Source of the DNA: Octopus vulgaris
Lineage: Eukaryota
Direction of reading: 5' to 3'
NCBI GenBank assembly: GCA_951406725.2
Contig: OX597824.1
Location: 99,820,001-99,884,000 of the forward strand
DNA: 64,000 nucleotides
Shown: positions 27,751 to 38,554 of the stretch, in pieces
How positions within the stretch are numbered: position 1 is the first letter of the stretch
Layout of the letters: each line of letters begins with the position of its first letter
Notes under the pieces: generated by a model
Seen by the model: the letters and a program-made list of their open reading frames with translations, nothing else
What the model was told of the DNA's origin: nothing
The model's database searches: none
Program-made: the position numbers and the translations under genes

Positions 27751-29025
27751 GAGTGAAGCAAAGAGACCTTGATGCATCCACCCTCTTTGCAATATATTTT
27801 GCTGTTGTGTTGTCACATGCTTTTCAAAACTCTGAGGAGGATATTTACATAAAATATCGAACAACAATCTCTTGTATCTGCATTTGACTTACCTTGTGAT
27901 GATTTTGGCTTGACTACCAACTTGAAAAAACAGTTGTAATGCACCAACTTGCATGTAGTGCTGTTAGTAACCCCCACTAAAATTTTTGTTAAGAGAAAAT
28001 TACTTGAGGTTGTCGATTCGTTTGTCTGCCTTGGAAACTTGATACAGAAATACACCTTCGAATTCAAAAGACAGTAAAAGCATTTGCTGGCTTTGAGTCA
28101 CATGTATGGTGCCAGAGACATATAAATAAGAATACAAAGCTGGCTCTTTACAAATCATTTGTCTTACCATCCCTGTTGTATTCTTGTGAAACAAGGACTT
28201 GTTATGAAAAGCATTTTAAATTGTTAGAACAATTCCACTAAAAATGCTTTCATTGCATTTTAAACATTAAATGGAGTTCTTTTACTCCAAACACAGATGT
28301 CCTTGCATCTGCAGGCATCACCTCAATTAAAGCTATGATTTTGAGGAACCAAATGAGATGGTGTGGCCATATTGTTTGAATGGCGAAAGAACGCATGCCG
28401 AAACAACTGTTTTATGGTAAGCTTGCAGAGAGGAAATGCTATTGGCGTAAACCTAAAAAAAGGTTTAAGGACGGCATAAGGGTTACTACGAAGTCACTTG
28501 GAATGATTCCAGAAGACATGGGTACCCTTGCTTCGGATCGAAGTGGATGGCAAACAAAAGTGTGGAGTGGAGTGAAAGCGTTTGAAGAGGCCAGGATAAC
28601 ACAAGTAAGACTCAAAAGACATCTAAGGAAGAATGTAACAATCGAGAAGGTGAATGATAATAACGTTTTTGTATGCACAGTCTGTGACAGACCATGCCTG
28701 TCTTTAGCTGGCCTCAAATCTCATTTGCAAACCCATGGAAAGCGAACCTCCACCAACTATTCTGCCTATATGACTGTACACACCTTTGAATGCAGTGTAT
28801 GCCAGAAGGTTCACAAATCTAACGGAGACCTCAAAAGACATTTTAAGATCCACAAAGATCAGAACTTATCTGCAGCTCTTGGTGGTCCAAATCGGATATG
28901 CAATCTATGTGGGTGTCTTTTTAGAACATTGTCTGGTTTAAAAAGCCACATCAGATACAATGATGGCGTTAAGGTGTAGGTACAGGAAGTGGTCAAACTT
29001 TGCATAAGGAGTAAACAACCACCAT
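27751..29025 (+). mobile_element. 3' part of the C2H2-finger RTE LINE, near-identical to 18834-20110
   Basis: Colinear 1.28-kb match; ORF 28380..28979 has three C2H2 fingers; ends CAACCACCAT+(ACAT)n. Confidence 0.92.
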
Positions 29026-29037
29026 ACATACATACAT

Positions 29038-29071
<34 letters not shown>

Positions 29072-29334
29072 GCGCGCACACACACACACATACATACATA
29101 TTTCGTTTTTGGATTTGGTTTGCAAAATTCTTTATGTGAGTTCATGTGTTGAAGCTTATTCTGTTGTGTCTGAGGTGAGTCATTTTCTTACAATTTTACA
29201 CACTCACTACTATTGAAAATGCTGCAAGACGCAACAAAAATTTTAGAAAATAAGAATAAGAAATAAGTGGAAATTTTACTTTCAGTTCTAATCCTAATCA
29301 ATAATAATATTATTATGTGTCCATAGCTAACACT

Positions 29335-29706
29335 GGGTACATCTTATAGATTTTCTACCTACACCTCTACTACAGACCGAGCATGGCCATCTACCTGAAG
29401 GGATTTGTGGTTTGCCTGCCTTCCTACTTATTAGGACTTTGGTTTTAGCTAGGTTGACTCTAAGGCTCTTCGATTCTAATCCTTGCTTCCACACCTGAAG
29501 CTTCTCCTTGAGTTCTGATAGTGACTCAGCAATTAGAGTAAGGGCATCAGCATAGAGAAGCTCCCAGGGGCATCCTGTCTTGAATTCCTGTGTTATTGCC
29601 TGGAGAACTATGATGAATAAGAGGGGGCTGAGGACTGATCTTTGGTGGACCCCTACCCCTACTCAGAATTCTTCATTGTACTCGTTGTTAACCCTCACCT
29701 TACTGA
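29335..29706 (-). mobile_element. RTE LINE internal fragment (RT YADD region)
   Basis: Minus strand encodes GCPWELLYAD...QVWKQGLESK, the same family as 47667-52364. Confidence 0.85.
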
Positions 29707-29887
29707 CATATATATATATATATGCTGATATGAGTACAGGTTATCACAAATTGTAAACAACATGAAGAATGAAAACAAATGAGTTGAATATGCAAACAAC
29801 AAGAGAAACAAATGGAAAACATGACAAGTAACATAAAGAACGACCCTTCATCAGCTGTTGGATGTCCATCTGTTCCTCATTTCAAGC

Positions 29888-30445
29888 CTATATATTATAT
29901 AAAATCTATTCTGTCTGTCTATTTGTGTGTCTTCTTGGATACTCCATCCGATTGTGCTCAAATTTGATATGTAGATATCGACGGTATTATGGCGTGTATA
30001 AGTCTTGAAAAAATTACAAAAATTGATTCTAGGTGAGAATGCGATTGATAAAGCCGTGGGAATGTGCATTTGTATGTGCAAGTACATCAGCTGTTGTGAT
30101 TGATACTATGCGTACACGAGAAAAATGCATGTGCAGTTTGCGCAAAAAAAATCATCATGCTTGTCCCTCTAGATTTACCTCCACCTAACCCATTTTCATG
30201 CATCATTTTTGTCCAGCTTTTCTTCTGTCAACCTGTACATAACTGCACCTTCCACTTTTTGTTGTTTTTGTACTGTTTAAAGGCATGTTTCTTTCCTGCC
30301 AAGCTTACTGGTGTCTCAAATTTAGGTTACATCAGTGTTTCTCAAAGGAGAGGCCTATAGGACGGTCAGACAAATTGTTTTAAGGAAATTTGGTTTAAAT
30401 GTTTGACAACTCTGCACCGTCCATTGGACAGGGGTCATTTTGCTC

Positions 30446-30446
<1 letters not shown>
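29888..30446 (+). mobile_element. Non-autonomous Helitron-like element
   Basis: 5' CTATATATTATATAAAA...CTGTCTGTCT start; subterminal 3' hairpin CCGTCCATTGGACAGG followed about 10 nt later by CTCG|T (degenerate CTRR|T); no TSD. Confidence 0.6.
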
Positions 30447-30490
<44 letters not shown>

Positions 30491-30801
30491 CAACAGGCTT
30501 CTTTCAGTTTCTGTCTACCAAATCCACTCACAAGGCTTTGGTCGGCTCAAAGCTATAGTAGAAAACTCTTGCCCAGGTTGCCACACTGCGTGACTGAACC
30601 TGGAACTGTGTGGCTGGTAAGCAAGCTACTTATCACACATCCACTCCTGCGTGTATATATATATGTAAGAGTAAATATTTATATACCAATACCCATAATC
30701 ACAAAAGATTAGGTACAGATATATACATATGTGCACTTATATAGATGCATACATGCACGCATAAATGTGTATATATTTACATACCATCAAAGATAGACAT
30801 C

Positions 30802-30845
30802 TACCATGAGATGTGCTATATATATATATAGCACATCTCATGGTA
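30802..30845. repeat. Perfect 44-bp palindrome centred on (TA)7
   Basis: TACCATGAGATGTGC-TATATATATATATA-GCACATCTCATGGTA. Confidence 0.95.
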
Positions 30846-32407
30846 CATATATATATGTAATGAACACTCAAGTGAAATTCCTCTCTCCCCTTTATTATAT
30901 ACACATGCATTCAAACATAGCAGGTAACAGCTAGCCTTTGGCCTCTACTTGGATCCCGTTGTGTCCACTACTCTGATTGGTTGGTATTGGTGCAATTTGT
31001 CTCTTACTTTGTTGTATCAATTTGCAGCGTATAATCAATCAGAGCTTCTAAATAAAATCACGGGAGAAAGTCTGTTCTCAATTCAGTTTTGAGCCTATAG
31101 CTCCTTATAAAAACCCTGATATTCCTCATCTCAACGATTTGGTTCCAGACCTTTTGAGGTCTAGCCACTGACCACACAAGATACAGCCAGTTCCAGTGAC
31201 AGTAGCCATGTTGAGACTTACCAACTTCGTCCAACACCATTATGGTGATCTCTTTCTTCGTCGCCACCATCATATTCTTAACTTCGTCAACATTATCTCT
31301 ACATACACAGCTCACAAGCAACTCATCCTGGTTCCAACACCTCACTGTTCATGAATTACTTCACCTTGGATCAACAGCAGATATACAACTTGCAAAAACT
31401 CCTGTACCAAGTGACCAAGGCAGCATTACAGCCACAACTTCACATACAACATGTACAGCAACCAACTCAACATCATGGCTGCAACTTCTTGATACAGTAT
31501 TTCAACTACCATGTACAATTGACTACGAACTGGTATTCATATTCTTGTGTCTATGAACATTCTTCTAACTTTTTGACTCCTTCACTCTCTCCTTCATTGC
31601 TATTCCTATATGTACTTAACATACATGCATACATCCATGCCTATATACACATACATTTTGTTCTCATGACAGCCTGTCTATTATTCTATATACATGACGT
31701 ACACACACACACACACACACATGTTAACATATCCATAAATCTTCTCTTAAACATTCTACTCGGTTCTGTTTTCTCTTTTTCCCTCTGGCACATATATGTA
31801 ATATTTATATTTATTGTAAGGGCTGTGTGATGTACCTGAGACTAATTCTCATTACCTTGTATTGCATGGTCTTTACATATATATATATAAAACGATAATG
31901 ATGTTATTGCCTTCACTGCTATACCTGTGCATATTTCACATACCAACAGATACGTATATAGCACGCGGAATAGAACCAGCGAGGGGGTGATAACTCGATC
32001 TATGAGAAATAGCAACATAATTTTCTAAAGGAGTTCAAAATTGGCTTCAATAGAGAGAAAAAAGGCAGTGTGAGTTATGGATGAAGTCATCTAAATAACA
32101 ATAATGAAAGGTGACACACATTTCCACCCATATGCCTATCCATTTAGAAGTACATATATATCTCATAAATATATTCACACACATATCAGCTACACACTGG
32201 CATACATACAGTTTATGCAAAGATGCAGACACATATACATTATAGGTAAATAAGGGGCTATCAACCTTTTCTGATAGAAAATCTGATATCAGGTAACTGA
32301 GCATATGACAAAATAAAAATGTGTGTGCGTGTGCATGTGTGTACATGTATATATGTATGTATATGACATACACACATAATATAGAATATATACAGTTTAT
32401 AACTTAC

Positions 32408-32637
32408 TTCATGAACATCACAACACCAACTCTGGTCATGTTGCACTGGACTATTTTCCATGTTTCTAGAACGAGTTCCTTTTGTTTGTCAGTAATGTAA
32501 TTTGCCACATTATTGCTCTCAGACAAGCCATAACTGGCCTCACTAATAACAACTGAGTGACTTGGTTCAGATGGTTGCACTTTGCTTGACACTTTTCTCT
32601 GTTTCAACTTCCGATTCTTTGAATAATCGCTGCCCAT
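32408..32637 (-). CDS. Globin-X-like globin, first coding exon (N-terminal extension, helices A-B)
   Basis: MGSDYSKNRKLKQRK...ITDKQKELVLETWKIV...VGVVMFM; donor AA|gtaagt, phase 2 (B12.2). Exons sum to 230+226+132=588 nt (195 aa). Confidence 0.92.
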
Positions 32638-33850
32638 ATTGATGGGAGTCCATTCCTCGGTACAAACTGGTACAAAATAATTTAAAATGTTGGAGTTATC
32701 CCTATAAAATATTCTCTGGGAATAATAAAATAATAAGAGTGAAAATTCAGTGTTTGAAATTAATGATAAATAAAATTTTAAAGACTGTGTATAAATATTT
32801 GCTTATTTGTAGGGTGATATGAGGCATAACTGAATGTGAACACCTGAAGTAGATTGTATAAAAGACACTTCACTAATAAGTTGTGTTGTGATCATTATTG
32901 TTTTGATATTCCAATAGGAATGGTGTTAAATATTAACTCAACACAAATATAAATATTCTTTCCATCCAATGTAGAATTCCTTACATTTATTCCAACAACC
33001 CTATACCTTTGGAACACTTGGATTCTTACTACATTATATACTGAGCCATGCCTTGGTAGATTTGTTCACTCTACTTACACGATACATGTGTAAAAACATG
33101 GAATCTGTGACAGTCACCCGAAAGTGAAAGTAAGACTGTCTAAATATAACTACTCCTCTTTTAATGTTATTAGTACAGTTGTTGTTGTTCTTATTGCTTA
33201 TATTGTTGCGGTTGTATTAGTTGGCCATCCATAATTCTATTATTATTTCTACTGTTTTCATTATCAGTGGTTTTCTTATTGTTGTTTTGCTGTTGCTGTT
33301 GTTGTTGTTATTGCTGCTTTGTTAATGTGCTTGTTCTTGCTGTTACTCTGGTTATTGTGGCTTTGGCTGCTGTGGTTGTTGCTATTGTCGTAATTCTGCT
33401 GTTGCCATTGTTGTTGTTGTTACTATTCTTGCAATGTTAAAGCCTCAATTCTTACGGCTTTTTGATCATGAAGCATCCTTGCTGGCATTGTTGTTGGATT
33501 TTGTTTTATTTTCATTTTTTGTTTTGTTGCATTTATTATTGTTGTTGTTGTTGTTGTTCTCCTCTTCCTGCTGTTGCTGTTGTTACTCTTAATCCAGGCA
33601 ATGTTGTCGTTGGTGGTGTTTTAAATCTAGAGAGTTTGTTGTTACTGCTACTGCTGCTGTTGTTGCCACTGTCAGTGTTGCTGCCACTGCTGTTGGTGCT
33701 GTTGTTGCTGCTTGTTCAACTGAAGCTGCTATTGCTCTTCATAGTGCTGCTGCATCTGCTGCTGCTGCTCATTGTTTCTGTTGTTAATGCTGCTGCTGTC
33801 ATTATTGATAACTTTATAATGGCAACATAATATATATATATATATATATA

Positions 33851-36034
33851 AAGCAGCCCTTTTTAGGATGGCACTGCTTTCCTCTTCATGGGGAGGGGGT
33901 CTATAAAAAATGACCTAAACATTGCTTACTTGCTCTTGTCTCTGTCATCAGGTGCAGATGTCTGGGCATCCAATATTGCACCCAAATCAAAAGTAGAAAG
34001 AAAATACATGGAACAAATATGTTCATTGCGTCTTGGAATGTGAGAACACTCCAAGATAACAAAAAGAACCCTGAATGAAGAACCACTATCATAGCACATG
34101 TGTTGAAGCATCATAAAATTGGTATTGCAGCTCTTTCCGAAACCAGGTTTGCTGATACGGGACAGTTAGAGGAAGTTGAAGGTGGGTACACTTTCTATTG
34201 GATAGGAAAAGCAAGATCTGAGAAACGTGAATCTGGTGTTGGTTTTGCCATCAGAAGTGATATTGCCAAAAATCTTGACTCTCTGCCTGTTGGTATAAAT
34301 GACAGACTTATGTTCTTGCGCGTTGCGGTAGGAAAAGACAAATATGCCACATTTTTTAGTTGCTAAGCACCTACACTTAATTCATCTGATGAGCTAAAAG
34401 AAAGTTTTTACTCCTCTTTACGTGAACAGATTAACAAGGTGTCGATTCAAGATAAGCTGTTTGTCTTAGGTGACTTCAATGCTCGTGTAGGTAGTGATAC
34501 ACAATCTTCGAGCAATGTCATTGGTTCACACGGAATTGGTAAAGTCAACTCAAACAGTGTTCTTTTATTGTCTCTTTGCAGTGAGTTTGAGCTTTTGCTC
34601 ACTTTCAGCTACCTAATTGCAAGAAAGCCAGTTGGAAGCATCCCCGGTCTAATCATTATCATCTCATTGACTATGTCATTGTATGTCGTTCTGATAGACA
34701 AGATGTAACTCTTACATGCTCTTACAGTATAGGGAAATGTTGGTCAGATCACAAATTGATCTGCTCCACAATCAAGATGAAAATCAAATGCCCTGTTTGA
34801 AATCAACATAGTTCTCTCATCAAGAGAATTGATGTGGACAAGTTGAAGGTTAAGGAGACCATGCACTCGTTTCAAACGGTTACTGACGAAAAGCTGTCCT
34901 CCATTATATGTGGGAATGACATTGAGGCATCTTGGTCAGAGTTTAAAACTGCAGTGTATGACTCTGCCAAAGAGTCATTAGGTTATGTTCGAAGGAAGAA
35001 CCAAGATTGGTTTGATGAAAATGATCCAACCATCCTCCCTTTGCTCAGAAACATGCATCAAACCCATCAAGTGTGGATTACTGACAAAAATTCTTCAGTG
35101 AAACACAAGGCTTTTCGAATGTCCAAAAAGTTGGCACAATCTTGACTCCGGGAAATGAAACAAAACTGGTGGAAGTTGAAAGCCCAGTCCTTACAAGATG
35201 CAGCAGATAAGTGCGATTTTAAATCTTTCTACCAAAATGTCAAAGGTGTCTTTGGTCCCATTTCAAAGGGGGCCTCTCCAATATTTTTGTCAGATGGCAC
35301 TCTCCTCACCGATATGAAAGAGATTACTAAGCGCTGGGCTGAACATTTTTCAAATGTTTTAAACAGAGAATCGACAGTGGATCAGGAAGTGATTGATAAT
35401 CTTCCTCAGAAGCCAACCATCGAGAATCTTGCTGACAGTCCATCCATGTCGGAGGTCGAAAAGGCTATAAAGCAATTGTCAAATCGTAAGGCTTAAGATA
35501 CAAATGCGGTGGTCTGGTCATCTCGTAAGAATGGATGACTCAAGAGTTCCAAAGCAGCTTTTTTATGGGCAATTGACAAATTCTTCCTGTCCAACAGGGT
35601 GTCCTCTTCTTCGTTACAAGGACAAACTAAAAGACAATCTGAAGCGTTGTGACATTGCTCTGAGCTCCTGGGAGAGTGCAGCAGGGGATCGCAGCAAATG
35701 GAGGAAAATGTGTTTTCTAAAGACTAGAGAATTTGAAAGTAACTGCCTTCATCATAGGGACGCCCTTTGTGCAAATTTGAAAGCAACGCATCAGCAAAAT
35801 CCACCAAACAATGATTGTGTGTGTCACTGTGGGTTCCAAGCACGAAGCAAAGCTGGGTTAGCTGTCCACCTGAGAAGACATTTTGAACCAACAAATACAT
35901 GCAGGTGTACCATTTGCGAGAAAGTGTGCAAGACATCTGCTGGATTGAAGGTACACATGCGGTGTCACAGGGCTTAGGAATTGTTGAAGGTTATTTAATG
36001 AACCCTCATTCATCGTCTTCGATGAGAGAATCCA

Positions 36035-36038
<4 letters not shown>
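33851..36038 (+). mobile_element. RTE LINE with the RT domain deleted; retains APE endonuclease and C-terminal zinc fingers
   Basis: IAALSETR, ESGVGF and LGDFNARVG endonuclease motifs. At about 35493 NRKA is joined directly to the post-RT QMRWSGHL segment. C-terminal CTICEKVCKTSAGLKVHMRCH. Both flanks are (TA)n. Confidence 0.9.
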
Positions 36039-36079
<41 letters not shown>

Positions 36080-36154
36080 ATAAGATTAGATCGTATACGA
36101 GTGGGTATATATTTGTAAAAAAGAAGTTTGAAAATGCCACTATATTAGATAAAT

Positions 36155-36208
36155 TTTAATTTTTACATGTTTCGGTTCTTGAAATAACGAACCTTATCAA
36201 AAAGAATT
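36155..36208 (-). ncRNA. Type I minimal hammerhead ribozyme, U3-A8 core variant (putative)
   Basis: Minus strand AAUUCUUU-UUGAUAA-GGUUC(10-nt loop)GAACC-GAAAC-AU-GUA-AAAAUU: 5-bp helix II, GAAA, palindromic ACAUGU helix III, GUA triplet, weak AU helix I. Confidence 0.55.
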
Positions 36209-36569
36209 TTTTAATAATAAAGAGTATAATGGAATAGTTCATAATTGTTTCATACATTCAATAGAATCCATGCTATATACATTCAATAGAATCCATGTTC
36301 TTGAAAAGGCGAAAAATATATTATAAGGTGTAAGTCGTTCCTTACTGTTTTGTCAAGTGTAGTGCAGGAGTTCATTATAGATTTTACCTTGTGTTCCGAT
36401 GGGAGCAACAGTAGTGATTCTTGGTTGTCGTAATTTTGGTCAACTTGTGATTGTTGGGTTTATATCAGTTAAGTCAGTAGTAGCTGTGGTCTCTGGCACT
36501 GTTCACTGACGTCATATAATTCCAAACCAATCAAAGCCAAGCTTCAACGATTATAAGGAAAAGACCCCC

Positions 36570-36920
36570 AACTGTATCCTGTTTAGGAAACCAGCCAAGC
36601 AGAACGACAAGTTTTACCACGGAAGAAAAACGTCATCAATTTTTTAGCGAATCGAAATTAGATCTGACCCATAATTGTATCCTGTTAGGTGGCTAGTTTG
36701 ACCACGGAAGAAAAACGTCATCAATTTTTTAGCGAATCAAAGTCAGATCTGACCCATAATTGTATCCTGGTTAGTTTGACCACGGAAGAAAAACGTCATC
36801 AATTTTTTAACGAATCAGAATTAGACCTAACCCATAACTGTATCTTGTAGGGAAACCAATCAAGCTTGACTACTGAGGTAAAACGTCATCAATTTTTTGA
36901 CTAATCAAAATCAGATCTGT
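36570..36920. repeat. Tandem minisatellite, 4 units of about 78-90 bp
   Basis: ACCACGGAAGAAAAACGTCATCAATTTTT starts at 36616, 36701 and 36779, with a degenerate copy at 36869. Confidence 0.9.
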
Positions 36921-37608
36921 TCACAGAGAAAAAAAATTCTTTTTATAAATTTTTCCTTCCCTAAGACATACCACTGCCAGCGGGAGTGACTGTTTAAGGA
37001 TCTGAGAAATTGTAATTGCCCCCACCTCCACTATTTTAATTCTCTCACTGTGGCCGTAGTAACAGTGACCACATATATATATATACATATCATATATACA
37101 CATACACACACATACATACATACATATACACATACATATATATAGTAGAATAATAAAAAGTGGTTCTTGGTGCAGTATAATATATTTGAAATATAGATAT
37201 ATATATACATACATGTACATATATATACATACATATATATGTACATGCATATATATATGTATCTGTGTCACCTTACTGGCACTTGTGCTGGTGGCACATG
37301 AAAAAACATTCGAGCAAGGTCGTTGCCAGTGCAGCTGGACTGGCTCCTGTGCAGGTGGCACATAAAAAGCACCATTTGAGCGTGGTCATTGCCAGTACCA
37401 CCTGACTGGCCTTCATGCCGGTGGCATGTAAAAGCACCCACTACACTCTCGGAGTGGTTGGTGTTAGGAAGGGCATCCAGCTGTAGAAACTCTGCCAGAT
37501 CAGATTGGATCCTGGTGCAGTCATCTGGTTCGCCAGATGTCAGTCAAATCATCCAACCCATGCTAGCATGGAAAGCGGACGTTAAACGATGATGATGATT
37601 ATAATGAT

Positions 37609-37644
<36 letters not shown>

Positions 37645-37647
<3 letters not shown>

Positions 37648-38224
37648 TAAGTAATTAAGAGTTTAGCAACGATTTGCCTCACCACACACCGAATTTAGAA
37701 ATAGCAGTCAAAGAGTTATAGCTATTCTTTCTACTAAAGGGGAGATCTCAGTAAAACCACAGCACTTGAAAGGCAAACACAGACAGGCAAGAGAGAAAGA
37801 AATGACGGCAATCTATCATACAATTTTAAGTCACCTACGGACGTCATCATCATCATCATCATCATCGTTTAGCGTCCGCTTTCCATGCTAGCATGGGTTG
37901 GACGTACGTTTCGAAATTAAGTTTTAGGAAAGCATAAGAATTAGATAATTATGTCTTACCCAACTTTTTTTCTCATCAGCGTAGGACACTACAATTATGA
38001 ATAATTGTATATTAAAGATCTCCCTTTTAGTAGAAAGAATAGCTATAACTCTTTGACTGCTATTTCTAAATTCAGTGTGTGGTGAGGCAAATTGTTGCTA
38101 AACCCTTAATTACTTAGTATTACTTAAACTTTCCTCGAATGAGGCTTTTACATGCCGAAATCTACTTGGTGAAATTAATGATTATTCCAAATTAATTAAT
38201 TTCACCCTATATTATTACTGATAA

Positions 38225-38229
<5 letters not shown>
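37645..38229. mobile_element. Non-autonomous element with 104-bp inverted repeats enclosing a hammerhead (Penelope pLTR/retrozyme-like)
   Basis: 37645-37748 is the reverse complement of 38016-38119 with few mismatches; (TA)n on both flanks; no ORF. Confidence 0.65.
37834..37985 (-). ncRNA. Type I hammerhead ribozyme interrupted by a LINE 3' tail
   Basis: Minus strand CCUACG-CUGAUGA-G[long helix II]C-GAAAC-GUAC-GUC-[insert]-CGUAGG. Canonical core, 6-bp helix I, palindromic helix III; the insert at 37845-37899 is flanked by duplicated GGACGT. Confidence 0.8.
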
Positions 38230-38280
<51 letters not shown>

Positions 38281-38519
38281 TCATCATCATCATCATCGTT
38301 TAACGTCCGTTCTCCATGCTAGCATGGGTTGGACGGTTTGACCGGGGATCTGGGAAGCCAGAAGGCTGCACCAGGCTCCAGTCTTATCTGGCAATGTTTC
38401 TACAGCTGGATGCCCTTCCTAACGCCAACCACTCCGTGAGTGTAGTGGGTGCTTTTTACGTGCCACCTGCACAGGTGCCAGGCGAGGCTGGCAACGGCCA
38501 CGGTCGGATTGGTACACAC

Positions 38520-38554
<35 letters not shown>

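Noticed and set aside
33462-33830. Hydrophobic poly-Leu ORF resembling a membrane protein
   Set aside because: Derived from degenerate (GTT/GCT)n repeats.
36570-36920. Regularly spaced repeats resembling a CRISPR array
   Set aside because: The intervening sequences are homologous to each other, there are no cas genes, and the context is eukaryotic.
38130-38185. CGAATGA-GGC...GCC-GAAA as a plus-strand hammerhead
   Set aside because: The core is non-canonical and there is no convincing helix III or NUH triplet; at most a decayed relic.
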